DNA of 64,000 nt from Candidatus Bathyarchaeota archaeon (GTDB lineage Archaea > Thermoproteota > Bathyarchaeia > 40CM-2-53-6): the NCBI GenBank assembly GCA_963726255.1, contig CAVSBL010000002.1:1568001-1632000 (forward strand). Direction: 5' to 3'. Numbering within the stretch: the first letter of the stretch is position 1; each line of letters begins with the position of its first letter. The translations under genes were made by a program, and so were the position numbers. The notes under the pieces are model-generated. The model was not told the DNA's origin. It saw nothing but the letters and a program-made list of their open reading frames with translations, and did no database searches. Shown here piece after piece: positions 28,790 through 38,733 of the stretch.

Positions 28790-30193
28790 TTGAGCACCCT
28801 TGAAGAATATAGGAAGCAAATTCGAGAAACAGACAAGCAACTTCTCTCCTTAGTCAGGGAACGATTGGTTCTCGGCAACAAGGTCGCTTTGATTAAGGAA
28901 AGCAAAGGCCTACCCACGATAGACCCAGATGCAGAACAGGCTACCATGGACAGCCTGATGCATTTGGCTAAAGACCTTGAAATCGACTCTACGTTCGCTA
29001 AAAGGTTAGGAGAGCTACTCATCGAGGAAACCATCAGCGTACAAGATCGCGCACGGCCCACCCAGTCGAAAGACCAGCTCATGAAGGAAATCTTTGAACT
29101 GACTCAGAAACTGATGGCCCAAGGCGAAAGGGTAACGCGTTTCGAGGTGGGAGAACCAAACTTCCCGGCACCCCAGCAAGCTGTTCGGGCCCTAAGCGAA
29201 ACTTTCCGGAAGAGTAAGGTGATTGGCTACGGCCCAGCCGCCGGCTTGCCCGAATTGAGGAAGGCCCTAGCAGAGGAATTGAGTGCCCAGCACAACGCCA
29301 GCGTTGATCCTGACCAAGTACTAATTACGCCAGGTGGGAGATTCGCAATTTTCGCCACCATAACCAGTTATGTCTCCCCGTTCGAACGCGTCATCATACC
29401 CCAACCCGCCTGGCCAGCATACGAGGAATGCGTACACTTCGCCAGAGGCCGAGTTATCCCACTGAATACGACTCTTGAGAACGGATGGGACATAGACCTC
29501 GGGCAACTTGAGTCCGAACTACGCAAAGGGGCTCGAATGCTAGTAGTCAACAGTCCCAACAACCCGACGGGCAAAGCGATGGGCAAGAAGAAGTTTGACG
29601 AAATAGTTGAAATGGCCCGCAAGTACGACGTAATGATTCTGTCTGACGAAGTATACGACAGGTACGTCCGGTCTCCAACGCCGAGCATACTTGAAACCGA
29701 CTATAGCAACGCAGTCTACATCAACAGCTTCTCCAAGCAGTTTAGTCTAACAGGATGGCGAATCGCCTACCTAGTAACGACGAAAGATAAAGCACTGCAG
29801 ATTCGACGCGTCATCCAGACCGCAGTAACCTGTGTGCCAGAATTTACGCAACGAGCAGTTCTCGTTGCGATTAAGAAGGGACGTCGTGAAGCTCAACGTA
29901 GCATTAGCGCGATAATGAAGAAAGTGGACCTGACATGCCGCGAACTCAACAAGATTGATGTATCTTACTACAAGCCCGATGGGGCCTTCTATGTTTTCCC
30001 CAAAGCGAATAAGCCGAATTTTGATTCAGTGCAATTCGCTAAGCAACTCCTAGAGCAACACCGGGTAAGCATTAGCCCAGGCAAATCCTTTGGAGAATAT
30101 CCCGCGTTCTTCAGACTGGCCGTTTCCCTGCCGGAATCACAAATTCCAGGCGCAATAAAAGCGATCGGAAGTGCAATAGAAGCATGGTCGTAG
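28790..30193 (+). CDS. Chorismate mutase (AroQ) - class I PLP aminotransferase fusion
   Basis: N-terminal ~85 aa L...R..I...D..L..L..ER..........K; then GEP, NSPNNPTG, SDEVY, SFSK....TGWR. Confidence 0.88.
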   Translation: MSTLEEYRKQIRETDKQLLSLVRERLVLGNKVALIKESKGLPTIDPDAEQATMDSLMHLAKDLEIDSTFAKRLGELLIEETISVQDRARPTQSKDQLMKEIFELTQKLMAQGERVTRFEVGEPNFPAPQQAVRALSETFRKSKVIGYGPAAGLPELRKALAEELSAQHNASVDPDQVLITPGGRFAIFATITSYVSPFERVIIPQPAWPAYEECVHFARGRVIPLNTTLENGWDIDLGQLESELRKGARMLVVNSPNNPTGKAMGKKKFDEIVEMARKYDVMILSDEVYDRYVRSPTPSILETDYSNAVYINSFSKQFSLTGWRIAYLVTTKDKALQIRRVIQTAVTCVPEFTQRAVLVAIKKGRREAQRSISAIMKKVDLTCRELNKIDVSYYKPDGAFYVFPKANKPNFDSVQFAKQLLEQHRVSISPGKSFGEYPAFFRLAVSLPESQIPGAIKAIGSAIEAWS

Positions 30194-31071
30194 CAACCAT
30201 CATCGGCGGAGCAGGCCGAATGGGCAGTTGGTTCGCTAGTTTTCTAAAGAAAAACGGTTACCGAATAATTATCTCCGACAACAACACACAATTAGCAAGA
30301 AAACTCGCCAGAAAGAAACAATTCAAGTTCCTCGAGGACCCCAAGCTGGCTGTTCAAGAAGCACAGTTAGTAATCCTGGCGACCCCAACTGAGGTTACTA
30401 AGAGCATTTTGAAGAGAATTGAGCCACATCTCTCTCGCAGTTGCCTTCTCGTGGAAATTTCGTCGATTAAGGAACCAGTCAGACCGACACTTCAAGGGAT
30501 GAAAAGGCGTGGCATTGCTGTACTCAGCATTCACCCGATGTTTGGCCCTGGAATCAAGAGCCTCGCTGGAAAGACAATCATAACAACTCTGCTACCACGC
30601 CATACAGATACTAGGAAATTTCTTTCTCTATTCCGAAGGGAGGGCGCGAGGATCATTCCAAGCGACTTTGACCAGCACGACAAGTACACTTCAATCACGT
30701 TGGCCCTGCCACATTTTATGAACATAGAATTGGTCAACGCCCTGAGAACTTGTCGGTTCAGACCGAACCAGTTGAAGGCCGTAGCCGGTACAACGTTTAG
30801 ACTTCAGTTACTTATAGCAGAAGCGCTGTATCAAGAAAACTTTGGTAACGAAGCTTCAATCTTAATGGATAATAAGAAAGCATTGCAGATGCTGAAGGCT
30901 TTTGTGAAACATAACAATAGGACACTTTCGACGCTTGGCAGAGGGAGGAAGGGAAAGCAAAGCTTGCTTCAGGACCTGAAGAAAGGTCGGGATTACCTGG
31001 TTAAGGATCCGATGTTTCACGGTGCGTACGGCTGGTTCAATGCGGCTGTTGAAGCTTCGAGCCTTCACTGA
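30184..31071 (+). CDS. tyrA: Prephenate/arogenate dehydrogenase
   Basis: GGAGRMG, EISSIK, HPMFGP, HD...S....LPH. Confidence 0.9.
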   Translation: MVVATIIGGAGRMGSWFASFLKKNGYRIIISDNNTQLARKLARKKQFKFLEDPKLAVQEAQLVILATPTEVTKSILKRIEPHLSRSCLLVEISSIKEPVRPTLQGMKRRGIAVLSIHPMFGPGIKSLAGKTIITTLLPRHTDTRKFLSLFRREGARIIPSDFDQHDKYTSITLALPHFMNIELVNALRTCRFRPNQLKAVAGTTFRLQLLIAEALYQENFGNEASILMDNKKALQMLKAFVKHNNRTLSTLGRGRKGKQSLLQDLKKGRDYLVKDPMFHGAYGWFNAAVEASSLH

Positions 31072-32185
31072 TTTTATCAACGGGTTTCTTGCCTAGAACA
31101 CGGGGAATCTTACCGGCCCGCAGACAATGGTCGATTAGAACGATTGCGACCGCCGCCTCGACAACCGGAACCGCTTTCGGCACTATGCACGGATCATGCC
31201 GACCGGTCACCTGCACCGTAGTATCCTGCATTTCCTTCAGGTTTACCGTTTTTTGTTCCTTCGGTATTGACGAGGGAGGCTTGAAGGCAACTCGGACCAC
31301 AATCGGCATGCCGTTTGATAGGCCACCCAGTATTCCGCCAGCATTATTCGTCAGTGTCTCAATTCTGCCTTTCCGTATTGTGTACGAATCGTTATTTTCT
31401 GAGCCCTTGACGGCGGACGCCTGAAATCCTAACCCTACCTCAAAACCTTTGACTGCAGGAATGCTGAAAGCGACTTTAGCGAGGTCTGCGTCAAGGCTGT
31501 CGAAGAACGGTTCGCCTATCCCCGGGGGCACGCCTTCCGCGATACACTCTACCACTCCTCCGAAGCTGTCCCCTTCACTTCGTATTTTCATGATAGCTTC
31601 TTTCATTTCCTCAGCGGTTTCTGGATCGGCGCATCGTACTGAGTTCGAGTAAGCGTTTCGCTTTATGGTTTCACTTGGCAATTGGCGCTCTACCTTGATT
31701 GTATGAATCTGGATCGTGTGCGCAAAGACTTCGACACCAAGCGTGCGCAGTAATTTCTTCGCGATCGCCCCTGCCATAGTGATTGGGACGGTCATTCTGC
31801 CGCTGGCACGGCCGCCGCCTCGAAGATCGTTGAAATCTCCGAATTTGATTCTGGTTGGATAGTCGGCGTGCCCTGGCCTTGCTACGAACTTCAACTTGTC
31901 ATAATCCTGTGACCTGACATCTTTGTTCCAAGCGAGCAAGGCGACAGGGGCTCCGGTTGTGTAGCCTTCGAAGACCCCTGAGAGAATCTGCACCTCGTCC
32001 TTCTCGCGCCGAGCTGATGTCAGATTGGGGTCAGGCGGCATCCTTCGCTCAAGTTCAAATTGAATGTCCTCCGTCGCTAGCTGAAGACCAGCAGGGCATC
32101 CATCCACGACAGCTGCTACAGCGGGACCATGGCTCTCGCCGAAGACCATCACGCGGAAGTCTTTTCCGAATGAGCTATCTGCCAA
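31037..32185 (-). CDS. aroC: Chorismate synthase
   Basis: FGESHG, RPGHAD, GGGRASGR.T, NNAGGILGG, GRHDPC. Confidence 0.97.
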   Translation of the reverse strand: MADSSFGKDFRVMVFGESHGPAVAAVVDGCPAGLQLATEDIQFELERRMPPDPNLTSARREKDEVQILSGVFEGYTTGAPVALLAWNKDVRSQDYDKLKFVARPGHADYPTRIKFGDFNDLRGGGRASGRMTVPITMAGAIAKKLLRTLGVEVFAHTIQIHTIKVERQLPSETIKRNAYSNSVRCADPETAEEMKEAIMKIRSEGDSFGGVVECIAEGVPPGIGEPFFDSLDADLAKVAFSIPAVKGFEVGLGFQASAVKGSENNDSYTIRKGRIETLTNNAGGILGGLSNGMPIVVRVAFKPPSSIPKEQKTVNLKEMQDTTVQVTGRHDPCIVPKAVPVVEAAVAIVLIDHCLRAGKIPRVLGKKPVDKISEGSKLQQPH

Positions 32186-33446
32186 ATACTTCAACTCCGA
32201 GTAACCGCAGATCATTGAAGAAGGTTGGATATGATTTGCTGACGCATTCAGCACCTTCTATGACAACTTGGCCTTTTGCCATTAGGGCCGCTGCGCTAAG
32301 CGCCATTGCAACCCTATGATCGCCATGCGAGCGGACGTTACCGCCCCGTAGTGAGCGTGGTCCATGGACAAGTAGACTGTCGTTGACCTCTTCGATTTCC
32401 CCGCCAAGCACCCTTAGCTCTGATGCGACTGCGTTTAGTCTATCTGATTCTTTGTAGCGCAACCTGCCTGCTCCGGTAATTCGAGTTTCTCCATCCGCGT
32501 AGCATCCAAGAACCGCCAGTATGGGGCCGAGGTCCGGGCAATCACGGATGTCGATGATGATGCCATTTAGCTGGCCACCTTCCACAAGCAGCCCTTCTGG
32601 AATGAATCGTGTCGCGACTCCCATTCTGGACAGGATGCTGACCACAACTGAATCAGGCTCAGAATTCTCTTGCAAGAGGCCGCGAATTAGTAGCTTGGAA
32701 TCAGTTATGGCAGCGGCAGACATAACGAACGAAGCAGATGAGAAGTCGCCCGGAACCCGGTCGGCGGCTGGGGCGTACGTTTGCTTTGGCTGTATTTCGA
32801 AGAGAGACATTTCATAGTTCGACTTGACCTGGATTCCATGATGTTTCATGATTTCCATAGTCAGCCGTACGTACCCTCGTGATTCCAGCGGCGAGGTCAT
32901 CTCCAAGCGCAGCCCTTCCTGCATCATCGGGGCAGCGAGAAGTAGTCCTGAGACAAATTGGGAACTTACGTCGCCGCGAATCTGAATTCTTCCGCCTAGA
33001 GGCGGACCACCCGCGACTCGAATGCCACGCTTTGAGGAGGCTACCTCCACACCAAGTTGATCCATGGCTTCAGCCAACGGTTCAATCGGCCGACGAATCA
33101 AGCCTTCGCTGCCCGTGAACATGATCTCTTCTCCTGTAAGCGATGCGATTGGAATTGTGAAACGCAAAGTAACCCCGGATTCGCCGCAGTGAATTTCCTT
33201 TTTGACCGTCGTCGGATGCCCATTGCTTCGGATGGTCCAAACATTTGTCCTACGCTCGAGACTTGCGCCCAGGGCTGAAATGGCGGCCGCCGTTGTTTCA
33301 GTGTCGTCGCATAAGAGCGGGTTCTCAATTTCGGTAATCCCATGGGATAGAAGTCCAGCGAATAGCGCCCGATGTGTGTGGGCTTTGGAAGGTGGCGCGG
33401 TTACGTCGCCTGAAAGAACCCGTCTCGGAGTTATGGTAACTTTCAA
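32175..33446 (-). CDS. aroA: EPSP synthase
   Basis: PPSK..THR, ESG.TLRF, SSQFVSGLL, KESDR, DHR.AM, KSYP.F. Confidence 0.97.
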   Translation of the reverse strand: MKVTITPRRVLSGDVTAPPSKAHTHRALFAGLLSHGITEIENPLLCDDTETTAAAISALGASLERRTNVWTIRSNGHPTTVKKEIHCGESGVTLRFTIPIASLTGEEIMFTGSEGLIRRPIEPLAEAMDQLGVEVASSKRGIRVAGGPPLGGRIQIRGDVSSQFVSGLLLAAPMMQEGLRLEMTSPLESRGYVRLTMEIMKHHGIQVKSNYEMSLFEIQPKQTYAPAADRVPGDFSSASFVMSAAAITDSKLLIRGLLQENSEPDSVVVSILSRMGVATRFIPEGLLVEGGQLNGIIIDIRDCPDLGPILAVLGCYADGETRITGAGRLRYKESDRLNAVASELRVLGGEIEEVNDSLLVHGPRSLRGGNVRSHGDHRVAMALSAAALMAKGQVVIEGAECVSKSYPTFFNDLRLLGVEVFGR

Positions 33447-34324
33447 CTTGCCGCCCCCAAGGGTCGAGCTTTCTCAAAGTTGAACGATGTTTCGATTATT
33501 CTGCCAGAGAGTGAACTCCAAGCGGAAAGAACGTTTTCTACTTTGGCCTTCGGGACGACGGCAGCTACTGCAGGACCTTTTCCAGTCAGCCCGGCAGCGA
33601 TGGCCCCTTCGTGAAGGGCTAGCCTGGCCGGCTTTGTATTGTAGGCGAAGGCTTTGCAATAGATTAGGCCGTTCAATGTCATGGAATTCCAATAGTTTCC
33701 ATTCGCGGCCTCTTTGTGGGCGACTTGAACGAAAAGCCTGAACTTTCTTAGAGAATCCCGGTTAACCTCGCTGGTATACTTCTTGTGGTTTGGCAGATGG
33801 ATGAGAACGTGAAAACGGCCTTTCGGCTTGAACCGTTTGAGAATTCGCCTGTGCGTGTTGTCTGTTACCACAAGACCACCGAAGTAGCACGCGCAGGCGT
33901 CGTCATAGGCACCTGTTAACGTTACTCCCGCACCGAGGCTGGACTCAACACCCAGCTTTACGGTCTGGATATCACTTATCCTTCGTCCCAGAACTCTCAG
34001 GCTTGCTAGTACGACGGCGTTGCTGGCCGCGCTGCTGCTTTTCAGGCCGACTGCCACTGGAATATTGGAAGATGTTTCAACGAGCGCGCCCAAGGTTTCG
34101 TCTGCTTTGAATTTGTGGAAGGTATGGCGAGCTGCTGTTTCAATTAGTCTGGTGTCTTCACGTGGGTCGGTCAGGTTACGTCCCCTGAATTCGCCCGGTT
34201 GAGTTGTCAGCGTTACCTTCGCTCGCGTCCAAAGCCGAACGCCCAAGGCTGCGCCTTTACCCGTGGCCATGGCGTTCACTACGGTAACCGCTCCATGGCT
34301 TATCGCCTCAGCTACTTTCCGCAT
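33443..34324 (-). CDS. aroK: Archaeal (GHMP-type) shikimate kinase
   Basis: GAVTVVNA.ATGKG, GLKSSSAA, TGAYDDA, G.TG.GP. Confidence 0.95.
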   Translation of the reverse strand: MRKVAEAISHGAVTVVNAMATGKGAALGVRLWTRAKVTLTTQPGEFRGRNLTDPREDTRLIETAARHTFHKFKADETLGALVETSSNIPVAVGLKSSSAASNAVVLASLRVLGRRISDIQTVKLGVESSLGAGVTLTGAYDDACACYFGGLVVTDNTHRRILKRFKPKGRFHVLIHLPNHKKYTSEVNRDSLRKFRLFVQVAHKEAANGNYWNSMTLNGLIYCKAFAYNTKPARLALHEGAIAAGLTGKGPAVAAVVPKAKVENVLSAWSSLSGRIIETSFNFEKARPLGAAS

Positions 34325-35195
34325 GCTTCATCGCCAAAAGGCCCTGGGCTATCGCGTGGCGCATCTCGAGTATCGGAGCTTTTCTTCCCGTCCACAACTC
34401 GAAGGTGCAGGCGCCTTGATTTACTAACATGTCCAACCCGCCGATGGTCCTTGCGCCAGCCGAGTCTGCAAGCTGAAGTAGTCTAGTTTGAGGTGGCCTG
34501 TACACTATGTCGAAGACCAATTGGTTTGAACGCAACCAGTCCGCTTCGATAGGCGGGTTGGCCACCCCGTCAGTTCCCATCGACGACGCGTTGATGACGA
34601 TATCCGCCTCCGTGATAAAATCCTTCAGCAGCTTACTCGAGAGGGGGACATGCGTAACCTCGATGTGGAATCTCCTGCGTATTCGATTTGCCAACTCCCT
34701 TGACTTCGAGATTGTTCTATTAACGAGCCTAATTGAGTTAGTTTGTTGGGCAAGAACGTAGGCAATAGCACGGCTTGCGCCGCCAGCGCCGAAGATTAGA
34801 ACCGATTTTCCCTTGGGTGTTGCGTCCGCCTCTTCTAGTGCCTTAACGGCTCCGATCCCATCTGTGTTGAAACCCCAAAGTTTCCCGTTTTCGTTGACGA
34901 CGGTGTTCACGGATTCGATTGCAGCCGCTGAGGTTTCTACCTTGTCAAGATAGCGCAGAACATTGACCTTGTGAGGAGCTGTCACGTTGAACCCTTTCAC
35001 CTTCAAAGTTCGCAGACCTTTGACGCCATCTCTCAAATCCTCACGCCGAACGTGAAAGGGCACGTATACGGCGTCAATTCCGGTTGAGCGAAACGCCGTG
35101 TTTTGGATCGCTGGGCTCATGGAATGGTCGATGGGGTCTCCTATCAAACCGTAGACCGTCGTCTTTCCAGAAATCCTTCGGCTACTGAACTCCAA
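34308..35195 (-). CDS. aroE: Shikimate dehydrogenase
   Basis: HSMSP, NVT.PHK, VNT, NTDG, GAGGA, DIVY.P, G..ML..Q. Confidence 0.96.
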   Translation of the reverse strand: MEFSSRRISGKTTVYGLIGDPIDHSMSPAIQNTAFRSTGIDAVYVPFHVRREDLRDGVKGLRTLKVKGFNVTAPHKVNVLRYLDKVETSAAAIESVNTVVNENGKLWGFNTDGIGAVKALEEADATPKGKSVLIFGAGGASRAIAYVLAQQTNSIRLVNRTISKSRELANRIRRRFHIEVTHVPLSSKLLKDFITEADIVINASSMGTDGVANPPIEADWLRSNQLVFDIVYRPPQTRLLQLADSAGARTIGGLDMLVNQGACTFELWTGRKAPILEMRHAIAQGLLAMKHAESS

Positions 35196-35844
35196 GTAGT
35201 TGCCACACACTTCGAAGGTTGTCGATCGTTAGTTGACCGTCCGCAGTCCTGGACGCTTCGTTGAGTGAAGCGAACGTAAATTCAGCGCCGAACAGCGGCG
35301 AAAGGATTCTGGATGGAATGCCTTGCTGGCCCATGGCGAACGACACTAGCCTCGTTTTTGATGATTCTTCTTCGAGAAAGTGTAGAATGTTCAGATTATC
35401 GTGCGGATGAACCGCGGTCGTAACTACCTTACAGATATCGCTCCCGGTCTTAATTTGTGAATACAAGGTTTCTTTCAGTTCATTTGGCGATGGCGTTTTC
35501 GAGAAGTTATGGAACGATAGTATCACTTCGGCACCGCGCGACCTTAGCTCAGGAATGGTCGCCCTGGTTAGAGGGGAAGCAGTGTCTAAGTCTACGAATT
35601 CAAACCCCGCCGAGGCAGCTTCTAACAGAAGCTTCTTGGTCGTGGCAACGTCTCGACGTGACTTATCGGTAGCTATCGCTGGGCAAGTCTTCTTCTTTGC
35701 AATCTGCTCAAGCGTTCCAGAGTTGTTTAGGTTATCGAGCCTGAACTCTACCAAGTCTGGTTTCTTCTGTGATATTGCATTCAGTAGATTGTCGAGGGTC
35801 TCACTGCCATCTACCATGACGGAGAGGCAGATCCTGCAGGTCAG
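35182..35844 (-). CDS. aroD: Type I 3-dehydroquinate dehydratase (probable CTG start at 35844)
   Basis: VEFRLD, SFHNF..TP, ICK, FAMG..G..SR, TA.GQ; conserved N-terminal RICLSV lies upstream of the first ATG (35817). Confidence 0.92.
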   Translation of the reverse strand: MTCRICLSVMVDGSETLDNLLNAISQKKPDLVEFRLDNLNNSGTLEQIAKKKTCPAIATDKSRRDVATTKKLLLEAASAGFEFVDLDTASPLTRATIPELRSRGAEVILSFHNFSKTPSPNELKETLYSQIKTGSDICKVVTTAVHPHDNLNILHFLEEESSKTRLVSFAMGQQGIPSRILSPLFGAEFTFASLNEASRTADGQLTIDNLRSVWQLLGVQ

Positions 35845-36899
35845 CGTTCTATCACCATTTCATCGGCTACCAGAGTTCCAAAGTGGCGTCCGCCATCTTC
35901 GACCCTCACCAAGACTTCGTCCCCCGCTTTGAGCTCCGAGACTGACTTCGAACCTCCATTTGAGACAAGACGCACCGTTTCAGCGTTTTGCACGATCAGT
36001 GAGAACGAGCGCCCGTCAACTTCCGCTTCGACAAGAATCATAGGTCTTCGTTCGATTTTCACACGCCCCACGTGCCCCAGTCTTGCACGTCCCGACCGGT
36101 TCACGATCAGGACTTCATCGCCCGCCTTTAGTTCCGACAGGTAGCGAGTCTTGTAGCCAGGCGTGAGGATGTAGGAGGAAACAGGTCCGGCGTTAACGCG
36201 AAATGGACGTGGTTCAACATGAGGGTTCTTGTGGACTTCCGCTTCCGCCAATAACAATCCAGAGGACTGAGACCCTACGAGCATGCCTTCGCCGGGATTC
36301 ATTAGTTCACAGGTGTCGACGCAGACTCTGGCACCTAGGCCAAGCGGCCTGACCAAGGTAACTTTGCCTCTCAACAGCTCTACGGTCTCATACAACTGTT
36401 TCAGAAAACAATCCATTTCTTCAATCTCGTTCGGTGAGCTAGGGGTGATTACTACTCCATCAACCCCAATTTCCAGTGTGTGTAAAGCAACCTTGGCTTC
36501 GCTCAGGCTTTGCACATCTGCGAGGAGGGTGATCTTGTTCCTGGTGCGAGCGATGAGGTTTTCGAGTGGGATAATTTTCCAGTTGGGGCAGCTGACTAGA
36601 ATGTACCGAATGCCAAGCTCGGCCAGCTGAACCACTTTCTGCTCATCTGAGCTGTCCTTGACCACAACCTCAAGAGCTGAGTTGTCTAAGACATCTTTGT
36701 CCAGTTCATGGCTGTCTGAAAGAAGTCTGATCTCAGAACGCTCGTCAATTGAAGCCGTCTTGAGTTTCAAGCCACTTGCAAGTGGAAGATCGGCTGAGGG
36801 AAGTAACGCAACGTCGCAACGACCCTCAGCCGTTTTCAGCAGCTCCACTTTATGAGTTGGGGATGAATCAGGATTGATTCTAACCCAGAGTTGCTTCAC
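35841..36899 (-). CDS. aroB': 3-dehydroquinate synthase II (archaeal AroB')
   Basis: WKIIPLENLIA, RVCVDT, GEGMLVG, RPFRVNAG, QNAET, GRHFG. Confidence 0.95.
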   Translation of the reverse strand: MKQLWVRINPDSSPTHKVELLKTAEGRCDVALLPSADLPLASGLKLKTASIDERSEIRLLSDSHELDKDVLDNSALEVVVKDSSDEQKVVQLAELGIRYILVSCPNWKIIPLENLIARTRNKITLLADVQSLSEAKVALHTLEIGVDGVVITPSSPNEIEEMDCFLKQLYETVELLRGKVTLVRPLGLGARVCVDTCELMNPGEGMLVGSQSSGLLLAEAEVHKNPHVEPRPFRVNAGPVSSYILTPGYKTRYLSELKAGDEVLIVNRSGRARLGHVGRVKIERRPMILVEAEVDGRSFSLIVQNAETVRLVSNGGSKSVSELKAGDEVLVRVEDGGRHFGTLVADEMVIER

Positions 36900-37693
36900 T
36901 AGGACCCCTCCAACAACTTCATGGAACTTTGCGCACTGGCGCCTTCGTGAACAATCGCGGAAAGGGCCTTGCACATAGCCTCTGGTTTCTCGTGCTGAAA
37001 CACATTCCGGCCAAACGAAAGGCCAGCAGCACCAGATTTGATGGAGCTCTCCGCGAGTTCAAGAACATCGAGGTCGGTTTTCATTCTTGGCCCACCAGCA
37101 ACAACTACAGGAACCGGACAGCCGCGAACGACCCTTCGGAAGCTCTCTTCATCTCCAGTGTAGACTGTCTTTACAATGTCTGCCCCCAGCTCGGCTCCAA
37201 TTCTAGCAGCGTGGGAAACAACTTCGAATTCATTCTCGTTCTTTATGTTTGGACCCCGCGGGTACATCATTGCAAGCAAGGGTATCCCAAAGGAATCGCA
37301 TTGTTCAGATAGACTCCCGAGAAACTCAAGCATCCTATCCTCTTCTTCGGAACCGATGTTTATGTGAGCCGAAACCGCATCCGCCCCAAGCCTGACCGCT
37401 TCCTCGAGCGTGCAAACGCCCACTTTCAGGTTCGGTTTGCTGCCAAGTTTGGTTGAGGCGGACACATGGATGATTAGCCCGGTGTTATGAGTGTCTACAT
37501 GTTTCGCTATTCCCTTGTGCACTAAGACCGCATCGGCTCCACCCTTTACGACGTTTTTCACGGCCTCCTGCATATTCTCTAGCCCTCGAACTGGACCCAG
37601 CGTCACGCCATGATCCATGGCGATTATGAAGGTCCTCGAATCATTCCGAACGATTCGTCGAATTCTCCTCGTCTTGCCTGATTCCATTTCCAT
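36899..37693 (-). CDS. aroA': 2-amino-3,7-dideoxy-D-threo-hept-6-ulosonate (ADH) synthase, DhnA-type aldolase
   Basis: AMDHG, AMMYPRG, ELGADIVKT, AGG, GRNVFQ; lies directly before aroB'. Confidence 0.9.
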   Translation of the reverse strand: MEMESGKTRRIRRIVRNDSRTFIIAMDHGVTLGPVRGLENMQEAVKNVVKGGADAVLVHKGIAKHVDTHNTGLIIHVSASTKLGSKPNLKVGVCTLEEAVRLGADAVSAHINIGSEEEDRMLEFLGSLSEQCDSFGIPLLAMMYPRGPNIKNENEFEVVSHAARIGAELGADIVKTVYTGDEESFRRVVRGCPVPVVVAGGPRMKTDLDVLELAESSIKSGAAGLSFGRNVFQHEKPEAMCKALSAIVHEGASAQSSMKLLEGS

Positions 37694-37700
37694 ATCACCA

Positions 37701-38732
37701 TCAGATGTAACCCTGGGATTTCATTGACTCAGCGATGAGAACAGCGCAACCCGCGGCGCCCCGAACAGTGTTATGCCCAAGCACAACATATTTCACGCCA
37801 TTAAACACAGGATCCTTTCGCACCCTACCCACAACTATTGACATCCCTCCGCCCTCGTTTCTGTCGAAACGTGGTTGCGGCCGATCCTGTTCTAACCGCA
37901 CGATGATTGGTCGTTCTGGCGCTGATGGTAGCTTGAGTGCTTGTGGTTCGGCAGCGAACTCGGCCATGCAGTCTGCGACTTGCTCCGGTTTCGCTGGCCT
38001 TACGGTTTGCACGAAAACTGCTTCGGTGTGACCGTCAATTACAGGCACTCGGTGGCAGCTAGTCGATACGTTGAACTCCGCTGGCTGCCCCAGATTCCCC
38101 AGGATTTTCTTTGTTTCCCGTTGAACTTTCTCCTCTTCCTCTTCTATGAATGGGATCACGTTGTCGATGATATCAAGCGACGGAACGCCCGGGTATCCAG
38201 CGCCCGATGTTGCTTGCATCGAAGACATCACAACGCTCTTCACGCCGTATCTGTCGTAGATTGGTTTCAGTGAAAGGCTGAGTACGGCCGTGGTGCAGTT
38301 AGGGTTGGTGACTAAAGCCCCATCCCAGTTCCTCGTGTGCCTCTGCTCGTCGATGAGTTTGAAGTGGCTGAAGTTCACTTCAGGGTTGATTAGCGGGACA
38401 TCGGGCTCCATCCTGTGCGCTGAAGCGTTGCTAACCACGACATACCCAGCCTTCGCGAAAGTCTGCTCGGTTTCAGTCGCTTGGTCGGCGGGGAGAGCTG
38501 AGAAAACGACGTCTGCATCAACTTCCTTGGGATCAGAAGGCTGAACGGTCTGTTCAGCGATTCCTTCCGTTAGCCTGGTTTGCATCCTCCAGGTGGCCGC
38601 CTCACCATACCTCATCCCGACTGTCCTTTCCGACCCAGTGAGCGTGGTAATCTCGAACCATGGATGATCGTTCAATAGTTGTACGAACCGTTGGCCAACG
38701 AGGCCAGTTGCTCCCAATATTGCTGCTTTCAT
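37701..38732 (-). CDS. asd: Aspartate-semialdehyde dehydrogenase
   Basis: GATGLVG, NPNCT, QATSGAG, RVPV..GH, HNTVRGAAG. Confidence 0.97.
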   Translation of the reverse strand: MKAAILGATGLVGQRFVQLLNDHPWFEITTLTGSERTVGMRYGEAATWRMQTRLTEGIAEQTVQPSDPKEVDADVVFSALPADQATETEQTFAKAGYVVVSNASAHRMEPDVPLINPEVNFSHFKLIDEQRHTRNWDGALVTNPNCTTAVLSLSLKPIYDRYGVKSVVMSSMQATSGAGYPGVPSLDIIDNVIPFIEEEEEKVQRETKKILGNLGQPAEFNVSTSCHRVPVIDGHTEAVFVQTVRPAKPEQVADCMAEFAAEPQALKLPSAPERPIIVRLEQDRPQPRFDRNEGGGMSIVVGRVRKDPVFNGVKYVVLGHNTVRGAAGCAVLIAESMKSQGYI

Positions 38733-38733
38733 T

